Source: Vitrella brassicaformis CCMP3155
Taxonomy: Eukaryota > Protista > Chromerida
Length of the DNA stretch: 61,197 nt
Direction of reading: 5' to 3'
NCBI GenBank assembly: GCA_001179505.1
Contig: CDMY01000514.1
Span: 1-61,197, forward strand
Shown: one piece after another, positions 38,847 to 49,799 of the stretch
Layout: every line of letters starts with the position of its first letter
Numbering within the stretch: position 1 is the stretch's first letter
Notes under the pieces: generated by a model
Seen by the model: the letters and a program-made list of their open reading frames with translations, nothing else
What the model was told of the DNA's origin: nothing
The model's database searches: none
Program-made: the position numbers and the translations under genes

Positions 38847-40934
38847 ATGAGTCAAGAGGAGGCCAATGAGCCACATGGTGGGCTATCTCAAGTCAGGACC
38901 GGAAGGGGATATGTGACTCACACACACTCCTTTTGTTTGTTTATGTATGACCATGCAGATACCGTCGCTGGACCAGCCCGCCGCTTCAGCGACTTCCCGA
39001 TCACGGCTAGTCACCTCATTTCGCTGGACAAGCTCACAAGCTCCGCCAATCAGCGTGACTCTCCACACGTGCCAAGACTCGTGTCAGAATCCCCGTCCGT
39101 CCCGACGACACTCTCCCGTCCAGAGCCTGAAGAGTACGTGGGCCTCGACAGACTGCTAGGGGTGGTCGACGACTACATTTTGCCACTGTTCGCCAGCTAT
39201 GACACGTCGGACTTTCGGGTGGGCCCTGTGGCGCTAACGCGGTTCATGAGAGGCGGCAAGACGCGGGCCCTCAAGGAGCTCGGGAACGAGCTGCAACGAC
39301 GTGAGAAGCCGGTGCTTTTCATAGCATTCACCGGACAAACTCGCTTGAACGAGCATGAGGCCCAGCTCCACAAGCGCGGCGAGTTGACTCTGCTGGACTC
39401 AATAGTGCTGCGGATGACGTGGGCATGTGCAACAGAGGAGACAGTCGCGAGTCTGGCGGAGCAGATCGGCAAGGACCCGGGTGACATCTCGTTCGAAGAC
39501 TGGATAGACCACGTCTCTCTTGATCCGCTTCTTCTGGATAGATGGCTCACCGGTCCCCTGATTCTCCTTTTTGACAAATTAGACCAGCTTGTCACGAAGG
39601 AGACCTTGCCGGCACTGACTGTTGAAGGATCGGAGGCGAGGGCGGTAGCTGAGTTCATCCTTAGCTGCCTCGGAGCGAAAGATCGTTATTTCATCTTTTC
39701 GAGCCACGATGCCACAGTGGGCAAGAGCATCAGGGATTACTGGGTCGACCAGAGAGGCTCACGTGACGTCTACAAGCTCGAGCTCCCCCGTATCGAGGAG
39801 CCGACCGAGGCGCTGGCCATCAGCCCCTCTGCAAGCACTGGAGAGATATGCTGGACTGGCCGGGCACCTGCACTGCTGTTCGAGCTCTACCGGCGGAGCG
39901 AGACCTCCTCGAACAAGGAGGATGTGCTGAAGCACTTCACTAGCAGCAAATCCGTTGACACGTCCACAGCCCCGGCTGTCATCCGCTCGGCACTCAAGGG
40001 AGATCCAAGCGCTGCCTACTTTGAGTCACTCGGCGCGATGACGAGCGCTCTAGACGTCTACGGCGAGGGTTGCGTGTGGCCTCCCTGCTATTTGGGAAAG
40101 GCTTGTTCACTTGTGGGCGAAGCAATGTCCCTCCCCAAGAACGACCAGCTTGTGACCAAGTTCGGCGGTCCTTTCATCAACAGCATCGGCATGGTGGACC
40201 GATTCCTGAGACGGCTGCTGGAGCCCCGAGGCTCTGGGAAGTGGTGGGAGGGGGTGGTCAAGGCTGCCGTACTTCTGCGACTGCTGGACAGCCACACTAC
40301 GGCAATGGATGGATCCGAGTCGCCCACATCGTTGCTGACCGGCATGCCAGCAGCCCTTCTGCCGCCTCCGGTGACAAGTTATCGTGGGTGCCCATTCGCA
40401 GGGATCGTGCGACTGCCTGTTCGAGAAGCGAGAGACCTGCCGCAGCTCATTGAATGGTTCAATCGTTACGGAGTGCGCAAGAACATGAATGAAGGCTTTG
40501 TATCCTATTTGGTTGACCCTGAAAACCCCCAATTCCAGGGCTGGGACTTCTTCGTCTTTGTGACCGACAACGGCGAGCTGCGCCAGATCTGGGGCTACCA
40601 GAGCAAGGAAGACGACCAGGGGCCAGAAGGCAGGAAGCCGACAATCGAGCGGGCTCTCGAGGCCCTCGGGAACGAGGGTCTTCTCAATGGTCTGAACATC
40701 CACACCGTGTGGCTGCAAGGCGACGCACCGATATCCTTTGCAACACCTACAGCTGCCGCAAAGCAGGCGGCTCGACAAGACAAAACGGATAACATCAACG
40801 GCACGCCGCTGTACTATCCTTCTCAGTCGTCTCTGAGGGTGTTCGTGGGATTTTCCCTGGCGGAGACTTGTCCATTCAGCTTCTTGACGGAACGGAAGTA
40901 TGAGAGAGGGAAGGGCGGCGACGGTGTGCGTTGA
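38847..40934 (+). CDS. Crinkler-like (CRN/CR-protein) P-loop NTPase + C-terminal restriction-endonuclease-fold domain
   Basis: 695-aa ORF, essentially intronless. RVGPVALTRFMRGGKTRAL (Walker A-like, 39249-39263), PVLFIAF strand, LILLFDKLDQL (Walker B-like, E>K), C-terminal NPQFQGWDFFVF...GYQSK (D...QxK REase-like). Family assignment is by motif recall; true 5' end uncertain. Confidence 0.65.
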   Translation: MSQEEANEPHGGLSQVRTGRGYVTHTHSFCLFMYDHADTVAGPARRFSDFPITASHLISLDKLTSSANQRDSPHVPRLVSESPSVPTTLSRPEPEEYVGLDRLLGVVDDYILPLFASYDTSDFRVGPVALTRFMRGGKTRALKELGNELQRREKPVLFIAFTGQTRLNEHEAQLHKRGELTLLDSIVLRMTWACATEETVASLAEQIGKDPGDISFEDWIDHVSLDPLLLDRWLTGPLILLFDKLDQLVTKETLPALTVEGSEARAVAEFILSCLGAKDRYFIFSSHDATVGKSIRDYWVDQRGSRDVYKLELPRIEEPTEALAISPSASTGEICWTGRAPALLFELYRRSETSSNKEDVLKHFTSSKSVDTSTAPAVIRSALKGDPSAAYFESLGAMTSALDVYGEGCVWPPCYLGKACSLVGEAMSLPKNDQLVTKFGGPFINSIGMVDRFLRRLLEPRGSGKWWEGVVKAAVLLRLLDSHTTAMDGSESPTSLLTGMPAALLPPPVTSYRGCPFAGIVRLPVREARDLPQLIEWFNRYGVRKNMNEGFVSYLVDPENPQFQGWDFFVFVTDNGELRQIWGYQSKEDDQGPEGRKPTIERALEALGNEGLLNGLNIHTVWLQGDAPISFATPTAAAKQAARQDKTDNINGTPLYYPSQSSLRVFVGFSLAETCPFSFLTERKYERGKGGDGVR

Positions 40935-41931
40935 CGGTCGCCTGAGATAGATGACTTGCTGTTGCTTGCCATTCATGTGGCAGTCGGTCGATGCCCTCGT
41001 TTTCGTTGACTGTAGATTCTGTGAACCGCGAGAAGAAAGGAGCGCCGTCTTGATTGAGGGAGGCGGGGGGACGGTATTTGTCGACCTGAAAGATGGCTGC
41101 ACACACGGCCGTCGTGGACCAGAGTCTGCACTCGTGGACTCTGCACTTGTGGACTTGAGGTGGCCGGCGCTGTCACCTGAATACAGACATGTAGGCAGAC
41201 AGAGATGTATGCCGCTCGCCAATTACGGGCCACACAGTGATGTATCAGCGAGGCCCATTATCCCTAAGCATTGACCGTGATCGCAACCGAGTCACTTCAC
41301 ACACACAAGTGGCTTCCACTGACACATACAAGCACCTGTTGTTTCCATCATGGCCATGCTGTGACATGTACATGTATGACAGTCTTCTTCACAGGCACAT
41401 AGCGCATACTATCTGACATGACATTATTCATGCCATTCGCTGGCGCATGCATCGATCTGTTGATCTCATTGAGTGAAAGGGACCTCCTTTGTGCCCCCAC
41501 TCCATCCCTTTGAGGTGTCTATATGTATGTATTCGTGCACTTCAGTGGTAGACACAGATACATACATAACATACATACAGGGGGAGCAGAGAGAGCAGGA
41601 CTGTTAGTAGTTACATAGCTGTAGAGCCGAGAGGGAAAAAGAGTCCCGCCTGGCCTGGCTATTTATTTTGCCCTGCCGCTGGCTAGGCCCAATGAAACAT
41701 ACAAGCTTGTACACACAGTCAGTTCGGCCGAGCACCTTGTCGATAAATGCTGCATATATCACCCAAACACAGACACGGCAAGAGACGGAAAAAGTACGTC
41801 AGGCTCGTGCAGGCGTCTTGCTCGCCACTGCACCGGTGTATGTGTGCGCATAGCAAGACAAAAAAGAGTGGCATTGCCACGTGTGTAGGCACTACGTGTG
41901 GCACGCTCTGCGTCTATGTATGCCACAGAAA

Positions 41932-43599
41932 TTACACAACGTTGCCGCCGGCATATTGGTTGAGAAAATCTTCAACGAACTCGACACTCACATCGAATCG
42001 CTTGGCGAGATCCTCTGTCGACACACACGCGAGACAGGAAGACATATATCGCATTCGTTCGGGTGCATAATTGTATGAATGCCCCGTACCAATCACTCCC
42101 TGCTGTTCATCAACGTCCAGTTTATCAAACTCGGCGAAGAAGTTGTCCAGCCAGTTCTGCTGGGCATCTGTCACTTGCTCAGCAATTGCAGCAGCTTCAC
42201 TTGCAGCAGGTGTGGGCGTGGGTTTGATTCCTTGAACGAGATCGAAGAAATAGAACACAAAGCCCGCAACTGTACACACACAGGCAAGCCACAACACAAA
42301 CAAGACATCAGACGCATTCGGTAGGTCTGTCTGTCTGCACATTGATTGCCCGCCTGCTTACGGATAAACTCCTTTTGAATTTCGTTCAGAGGGCCACCAT
42401 CGAAGTTTGCGAAAAGAGCGACGAACGCAGCCGCTGCACGCACGAAAGGATTGACGCACAAAAGGGAAGAGAAGACACATTTCACATACCCGCTGCTCTG
42501 CGTCTCTCTCTCTCTCTCGCTCTGTGTGTGTGTGTGTGTGTCTGAGTGTCTTAGTTTTCTCTCATACTGATAGCAGCTTCTACGTCCGGATCTTCAAGCT
42601 TGGCAACGCATTTGAAGAAGGCCTCTACCACCAGCTCGATCACGTCGAGGCTGAAGCCTGGTTTGAGGACCAGCAAGATGTCCACGCACTTCTCAGCAGA
42701 CGAGGTACGGTTGAGGGGCAGGGGCTCGCCTCCTCGTCCGCCGCTGGTATCAGGTGTGACGGCCGCGTCCCAGCTCGCAAGATCAGTTTCATCCCCACAC
42801 CGCTCAATCTCTTCGCGAGCGGCAACTGCAGGAAAGGAGAAGGCGGGGATCTTCATTGCTCACATGCATCTTATCCTGGCTTACAGATTGTGAGCCTGGC
42901 CTCGTCAGCGTTTTCAGTATTGGCCTCTGCCCAGGCGACATACTCGTCGGCGAGCGCGTCTTGCAGCTCAGGCGAACCATCCAGGGCCACAAACGTCAGA
43001 CCTGCACAGGTGACAAACTGGCGTCTGTTTATATCAAGCCGTTCATCAAACATACCGACTGCCTCATTCACCAACTGTTTTTCCAGAAACGTGTTCAAGA
43101 TGCAGTTAGTGAAAAAGGTTGAGACCTCCGCCACGTCGGTAGGCAACTCCGCGCAGGCCGCTGGCAGAGCGCCACCAAGGAAATTCTCCGCAAGTTCCGT
43201 CAGCGTGCAAGCCTGTTCCTTCTTGGCGGGTTCATCGTGCGCCGCCATCTTGCCGAGTTGTTTGCCCATCTCGGTTATGACGTGCGTGACATCACTGATG
43301 ACCGGCTTGCCGTCAGCCTGATATGACGCATCAGAGTACACTGTCAGGGAAACAGAAAACGATATGATCCGGCGTCGCGTACGGCGGTTTCAATGTCTTG
43401 GATAATGCCCGCGATGGCACGGGGGAGAGCATCGACGTCACCGCCATCTACACACATGCATGGCACTGACCAAGCACTCCCTGACCGCCATCTGTGACTC
43501 ACCTTCTGTTGACGGGAGGAATTTTTTCTCCTCCGGTAAGGCCGACGCCGTTTGGATGAGAGCCACCAATGCGGCCACCGCCACTATGTCCGTCTTCAT
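41932..43599 (-). CDS. Secreted, acidic, probably helical hypothetical protein, multi-exon
   Basis: MKTDIVAVAALVALIQTASA signal-peptide-like exon from 43599 with GTAGAG donor; downstream coding-like exons (42871-43341, 42551-42856, ~42340-42450, 41932-42290). No family recognised. Confidence 0.6.
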
Positions 43600-43988
43600 T
43601 ACTTGATGCTCTGATGCTTGGACAATACAATACCGCGCGTACGTGTGGTGATGAATTTACGCGACAACGGCCGTGTGTCAGGTACGCGATTATGTTGCAT
43701 GGGGTGTTGATATGTGAAACATACGGGTGTTTGGGGGTGCTGCATGACGGATCTTCGGGCAGCCGGCTTTCCAGGGCATTCCCCGGACTATGGCCAGACA
43801 AGAAGTATGAGGCCCAAATGACGATGCAGCCTGCAGTGGTCGATTGACGCATTGCCAGCCGACCTCGGGGACCTGCGTGCAATGATGTTGAAGATGCATG
43901 AAGAGGGTGGTCTGGCCGTGGGTGGACGTCACGGCGGATGATCTGATGATCCAAGGGGTGACCGGGATTGACGATGATGAAAGACTAA

Positions 43989-44988
43989 GGTCCGTTCCAC
44001 CCTGGCGACCATCGTGCCACCATCCGCCACGCCCTCACCCGGAGAAAGCAGCAGCAGGACGTCGCCCACAAGACCAAGAGGGAGGCCGCCCTGCCGCACA
44101 TCGACCGCCGGCGCCATCGCGTCCTCTCCCGCAGCGCCGAGTACAAGACGTCCGGCTGGCTGACCACCCTCCCGTCGACAGACAACAACACTGGTCTTGA
44201 TGCTGCGGAGTTTCGAGATGCCCTCAACATGCGTTACGGCCGTCACCCCCCCGGCCTCGCTGCACGCTGCGACCACTGCAACCAGCCCCTCACCGTCGAC
44301 CATGCGCTGTGCTGCAAGCGGTACGGCCTGGTGATTCGTCGCCACGACGAGCTGCGGGACACTTTTGCCGAGCTGATTGGGATGGCGTGGGGGGACGCTG
44401 GTGTGCGTCGGGAGGTGGTGTTGAAGGAGGGAGAGGAGGGGGAGGGTGGGGTCAGGGCGGACATCGTCGCTCGGGGCGTGTGGGAGCGGCAGGCGGCTGC
44501 GTCGTTTGACATCTGTATTACGGATCCTGACGCAACGTCTTACGCTTCCAAGAACCGATCGACCAAGTCCATCCTGAAGCAGCACGAGACCGCCAAGAAG
44601 AAGAAATACCGCTCGGCCGTCTGCGACTCCCGCGTGACCTTCTGCCCTCTGGTGGTGACGTGTGACGGTGTGTGGGGACACGATGCCAACGTGTTCATCG
44701 CCCACATGGCTCATGCGCTGTTGGAGAAGGAGGGGTGGAAGGGTCGGGGGTTCAGTCATGTGTCTGGATGGATTCGCTCTCGCTTGTCTATCGCCCTCGC
44801 GCGTGCGACTAGCTTCTGTCTGCGTGGGGGAGGGAGGGGAGGGTTTGCGGGACTGGGGTGTGCTGATGGGGCGGGGATTGATCCCTCCTCCCCTTGAGCC
44901 TGTTTGACTCTGCGTGCTGATGGGACTGTATTTGTATGAGTATCACGGACAGACAGACGAGTGTTACGGTTAATGACAGTTTCCCCCC
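43989..44988 (+). mobile_element. 5'-truncated CRE-clade-like non-LTR retrotransposon (restriction-like endonuclease type), 1.0 kb, with 14-bp TSD
   Basis: Open frame 43989-44897: SGWLTTLP...EFRDALNMRYG, CDHC-x8-HALCC knuckle, RHDELRD, RADIV...DICI...ETAKKKKY endonuclease motifs. Flanked by TGATGAAAGACTAA at 43975-43988 and 44989-45002. Confidence 0.9.
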
Positions 44989-46585
44989 TGATGAAAGACT
45001 AATGAGGCAGAGAGGGAGGCTCCCTGACGATACTATCCTCGTCATCCTGCGCAGACGTATTAATGCATGTGAATCTGTCACCCACACTACACAACCACAC
45101 GTCTGTGTTTGTTGAGTTGTGTCTTGTCTTTCAGCGGCCAGTCGGAGCACAGATCCAGAATAGGGTCAGCCGCAGACAGACATGAAATTGATTAATGATC
45201 GCAATGGCTTCACTCCCTCACAGTCCCTCACAGTCCCTCACAGTCTGTCTTTCCTCTTGTTGTCTTGTGTCTGTCAGATACAGAACCGATTTGCGCAGAT
45301 GCAGATGCAGAAAAGGAGAAGGAGAAGGAAGAGTGAAGTTTCGGTGCAGGAAGATTCTGCTCGGCAAGCATAGGGTGTCTGTCAGCAGAATGTGTGATCG
45401 AGGGGAATTGTTGTACCGCGTTGATGGATGTGCATATTTTTTGCAAGGGATGCACGGACTCACCTATGTGATTTTCAGACGTGTTCGTTCGACAGATGGC
45501 ATGAGAGAGGCTCGTCCCCACACGCACATGTGCACACCCAAACGCAGCCTTCTATAACGCAGCCTCTTGCGCGTGCATTGGTGCAGCAACCTGTGCCTCA
45601 CCTAGTCTGGGATGAGGAGGTGCTGACCTTCATTGCTTGCGTCCATCCCTTTCCTTTGAGTTTGACCTGGTGGGTTGCAAAAGACCTGAGTGAACACTCT
45701 TTTGACCTCTTTGCGGCATGCTGCTTCCTCTGTCGTGTGCTTGAGCGACTGATTGTGTTGCGTAGAATAGCCGGGTGGGTAGAAATGCATTCGATTGCTT
45801 CGCAGTCTGCCCTGCATGTTCTTCAGCGGGCACTCGGCCTCTCTCGGCTGTCTTTCGCTCTGTCGTCTCCTGTGCGTGGCGTGAGTGGCGCGGGTGGAAC
45901 GGAAGACTCTGTCCCATCGCATGGACACAGAAACTCTCCACCTTCTTACTGTGTCCATGACTATTGTCCTGACGGCGGACGGGTAGCGAGACATGTAAGT
46001 GACGCGGCGGTACTGGATAGTGCGCTCACCTGGCATATCTATCGACTGAGTTGTTGAGAATGAACTCATTCAGACACACCCACCCATGCACTCAGACACA
46101 TATATGATTTAAGTCATGGTCAGACGTAAAGTACTCAAAGTGTGCGCACCAAGTCATTGTTGCTGTAGCTCCCTCATCGCCTTGACAAGGGAATATTTTG
46201 ACATGGATGGCCCAAAGGACATACAGGCGTCCTTTCAGAACGGCACGTTGCTGTTTTTGGGTGGAGAGCTGTCCTCGTTGGAGCGCGCGTTGACTTCGAG
46301 CAATCGACAGGAGACAAAATCTCGAGAAACAACACAGAATAGAGAATAGAGACAAGGACGGGGAAGGTCATTGCTGGCACCCATTTTCGCTGAGTGCTTC
46401 CAGTGCTGGCAATGGATCTATCTGGCCGCCTGGTACTTGCCGCCAGCTGGAAAAGGACACGCAGAGTGAGACTGTGTCCATGTGAATTCGTGTGGTAATC
46501 TTTATTCTTTCTCCTCGTGATTTTTTCTCCTCCGTTTGACCGTCCGACATGAAAACGCGCACCCCAACATTCACACAGCAAGACG

Positions 46586-46775
46586 TGCCATCGTGAACTC
46601 ACCCTAAAACCGCGCAGTGCCACCCTAACCCCTCAACAACATCACTCGTGATATTTCTCTCCCGAGCCATTCAGACCTCCAAAATCACAAATAGCCTACT
46701 CGGACAACACGACGCCCGTGCATGCGCTCATGCCATCGTGAACTCACCGTAAAACCGCGCACCCTAACCCCTCAA
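46586..46775 (+). repeat. Pair of ~45-50 bp direct repeats containing CCCTAA motifs
   Basis: TGCCATCGTGAACTCACC(C/G)TAAAACCGCGCA...CCCTAACCCCTCAA at 46586-46636 and 46731-46775. Confidence 0.8.
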
Positions 46776-47279
46776 ATCTGAGACGGCAACGCGGCGGTTG
46801 TGCAACGCAGCGGTTGCAACGGAGGCGCCAAAACGGCCGGGACGGAGGAGAACACGAGAAGCTCCAGGACGGACGGAGAGTGATAGAGAATGTCGCGTGC
46901 CTGTGTGCTTGCACTTGTTTTCTGTGTGTTTGTTTCTCTGGGACGTGTGGAGGTGAGAGAAAACGAGGAAGGGGATCTCGAGGTGTTGGACTTGGGTGCG
47001 TTTCGTGGGGAAGAAAGGGACTGGAGTTTGTGCTTTGTGCTTGTCTTGGGCCAGGCCGGGTACGATCATTGCAACGCACATCATCAGTTAACGGAAGTCA
47101 ACCAAAAAATGTGGAAAACACCTGACATTGATTGCCGTGGCACATACAATCGCCCGCTAACACACAGCATAGGCACCAGCATGCACGCCCACACACGCAG
47201 AGAGAAAGAGAAAAAGAGAGAGAAAGAGAGCGCGATAGAGAACAGAACACCAGCCCGTTCTCGTGTGTCGTGCGTAGCT

Positions 47280-48548
47280 TCATATAAAATGTGTCTCGAG
47301 GAAGTCGAGAAGCCGATTGCGTTGCACATCCATGGCGGCCTGCAACGCCTCGGACGTCGCTAACCGCAGCGTTGTCGTGTCGATGTGAGGGTGGGACACA
47401 CGCGAGAAGAAAAAGGAGGAAGTGAGCGACGCACTCTCGTGCAGTACGCAGCCAGCCAGCCAGCCGGCCGCCACACCCCCCTCTCGTCGTCGGGGGGTGT
47501 GGGGCCGGCTGGGACTATTGCAGCTGTGTCCTATGCCGTACCAGTGGCGTGCCCGCGTAGGCGATAGTGTTGCGCAAAAGGACATCACTGATGGCGGCGA
47601 CGGCAGACTCCAGGTAGCAACAGAACATGCTGTAAGGACAGAGGAGAGAGACATCCGCACACACAGACACACACAGGGCTTGTGTGGTCCTCGCAGCTGT
47701 CCAGTCGACTCACTTGGTGCTGGCGGGCTCGAAGTGCAGGACCTCCATCGTGTACCGGCGAGCGATGGCGAGGGCGTCTGTCTGGGTCGGGGGCCGGTTT
47801 GGGACGAGCCGGGCACGGTCGAAGGCCTCCTGCAGGTTGCCGTCAAAGAACAGGCCCAGCATGAGAAGGACATACTTGAGGAAGCGGCTTGTAGTCATGA
47901 GTGTCACATGCGACATGACGACAATCGTATCCAGCCGCTGGCCGAACTTGCCGAAAGACCGCTTGCCGCACTCGGCGAAACGGTCGAAGAACGCCGAGTC
48001 AGTGGCAGGATTCTTGGTCGCTTCACGAAGGGCGTCACCGCACTGCACGTCCAGTGCTGCCAGGGGCTCGATGAGCTCGTGAAGGACGGGATGCAGCAGC
48101 TGCACCCCATCCTGGACAATCTGCGCTGGGAGCCGCTCGTGGGCGGTGGTGGCTACATGCTGCAGGTAGCGTCGACGAATTTTCACCACATAGCAGGGGG
48201 GAAGCCGCAACGTCCTCTTGGCGCCTTGGTTGATTTGTGTCCTCGCCGACGAACTGACCGCGCACCACCTGCAGACGCCTGCAAACATTCACAGAATACC
48301 GTGACGGGCTCGACATCGTGCGACAGTGCAGCAGAGCCCACTTGAGGTATTCCTCAATGCTGCCGATGAAGTGAAGCTTTGGAGGGCGCACGCCGAAGAG
48401 TGTGACGGCATCATAGCGCTTGTTCTGCACCCGGTCGGCAATGTGGAATTGCTGGTTGTCAGTCAGCTGCCGGTACGCAGGCAGGCGGGCCCGCATCGCG
48501 ACGCCGGCGAGCTGGTTGGCTTGAACACCGGCGGGCGTTGGTCTCCTT
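47280..48548 (-). CDS. Lineage-specific hypothetical protein, multi-exon (start not located)
   Basis: Coding-like GC-rich exons (QLAGVAMRARLPAYRQL...KWALLHC; YLQHVATTAHERLP...LHFEPASTK|GTGAGT donor; MDVQRNRLLDFLETHFI*). Confidence 0.55.
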
Positions 48549-48925
48549 CTGCACTCCTCTTCTCACTCCATCCTTTTCTCCCCAACCCCCAGCGACGAGA
48601 CACTCTACGTGTATCAGGACGGGGAACAAGTCCCAGCAGATGCCCAGATGTACCACACTCACTGCCCGTACGTCACCTGCAACGAACCACACATCGTCAA
48701 ATACAAAATCATCAAGGCGTAAGCTCCTCACATACATACAGTCACGCACACGAGCACAATCACACATCCATCCCATCTCCTTCCTTCCTTCCTTCCTACC
48801 TTGTTCACTCACAGCAATTCAGTGCCAAGTGCGCCTCCAGCGCCCAACAGTGCTTCCAGCAGCGCATCCGCGTCCAGCAGTGCATCCAGCAGTGCACTCG
48901 CTACCATCACTGAGTAGCCTACCTG

Positions 48926-48957
<32 letters not shown>

Positions 48958-49325
48958 TGCATGCACAGACGCGCTTCTCTGTGCCCTGTGCTTTTCACCT
49001 GCATGTATATCTCCCCCACCTGCACCACACCACCGCAATCACACCACAGACCAACTCATGATCAACACACCTGCACCGTCTTCCAAACGAACGACAACAC
49101 ATCGCCTGGACACACACAGCAGCACATAAGTCAACGCCACCTGCACCACACACGCACAGCACCGCAGTGAATACGCGTCGGCCGATGGATGGATGGACGC
49201 GTCTCCTCGCCAGAAGCAACGCTGCTGGGAGCAGGTGCCTGTACATACACAACACAACCTTCTTCCACACGCACGGCAACACATCGCACGAAACGCACAG
49301 CCCCCTCATCTGCACCGACGTAATG

Positions 49326-49474
49326 GCACCATCTGTGTCCGACTTTCTTGTGTGAAATTCACCTCCAGATGTGGCTTGGACACAGACAACCTTCTGATGA
49401 AACAGACGGCCTCCTCATCTGCAGCACCATCTGTATCCGACTTCATCCGCGTGAAATTCACCTCCAGATGTGGC
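49326..49474 (+). repeat. Imperfect ~50-bp direct repeat
   Basis: GCACCATCTGT(G/A)TCCGACTT...GTGAAATTCACCTCCAGATGTGGC at 49326-49375 and 49424-49474. Confidence 0.8.
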
Positions 49475-49799
49475 CATTTCCCCGCCTTGCCTATCTTCCA
49501 TGACTGTGACATCTGCAGATGTGGCCATCTTTCGTTGTCTTCCATGGTTTCCCGCTCTCAATTACCAAACTCCAAGCTCCCTGATGACCCATACACGTGC
49601 ATAAAAGCTGTTTGGCGGTGGGAACGCTCCACTGTTGGATGTTGCTCAGACTTGAACTCTCCAAAAAACGCGGGGTGGACTTCCTCTGTGCGAGCTGGAG
49701 GTCGATCCCTTGGGTTAATAAATTTAGGGTTTTTCTACTACTCTTTCCAGCTCGCGATTGAACTATCCCCGAGTTGTATTATTGGGTAAGCCGCCGCCT

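Noticed and set aside
43929-44759. 276-aa minus-strand ORF
   Set aside because: Antisense of the CRE-like ORF.
45180-46620. Possible minus-strand gene (ORF 45602-46069 and nearby exon-like pieces)
   Set aside because: Could not assemble a consistent spliced model or recognise a motif.
49326-49474. Direct repeats as a CRISPR-like array
   Set aside because: Only two imperfect ~50 bp copies, eukaryotic context, no cas genes.
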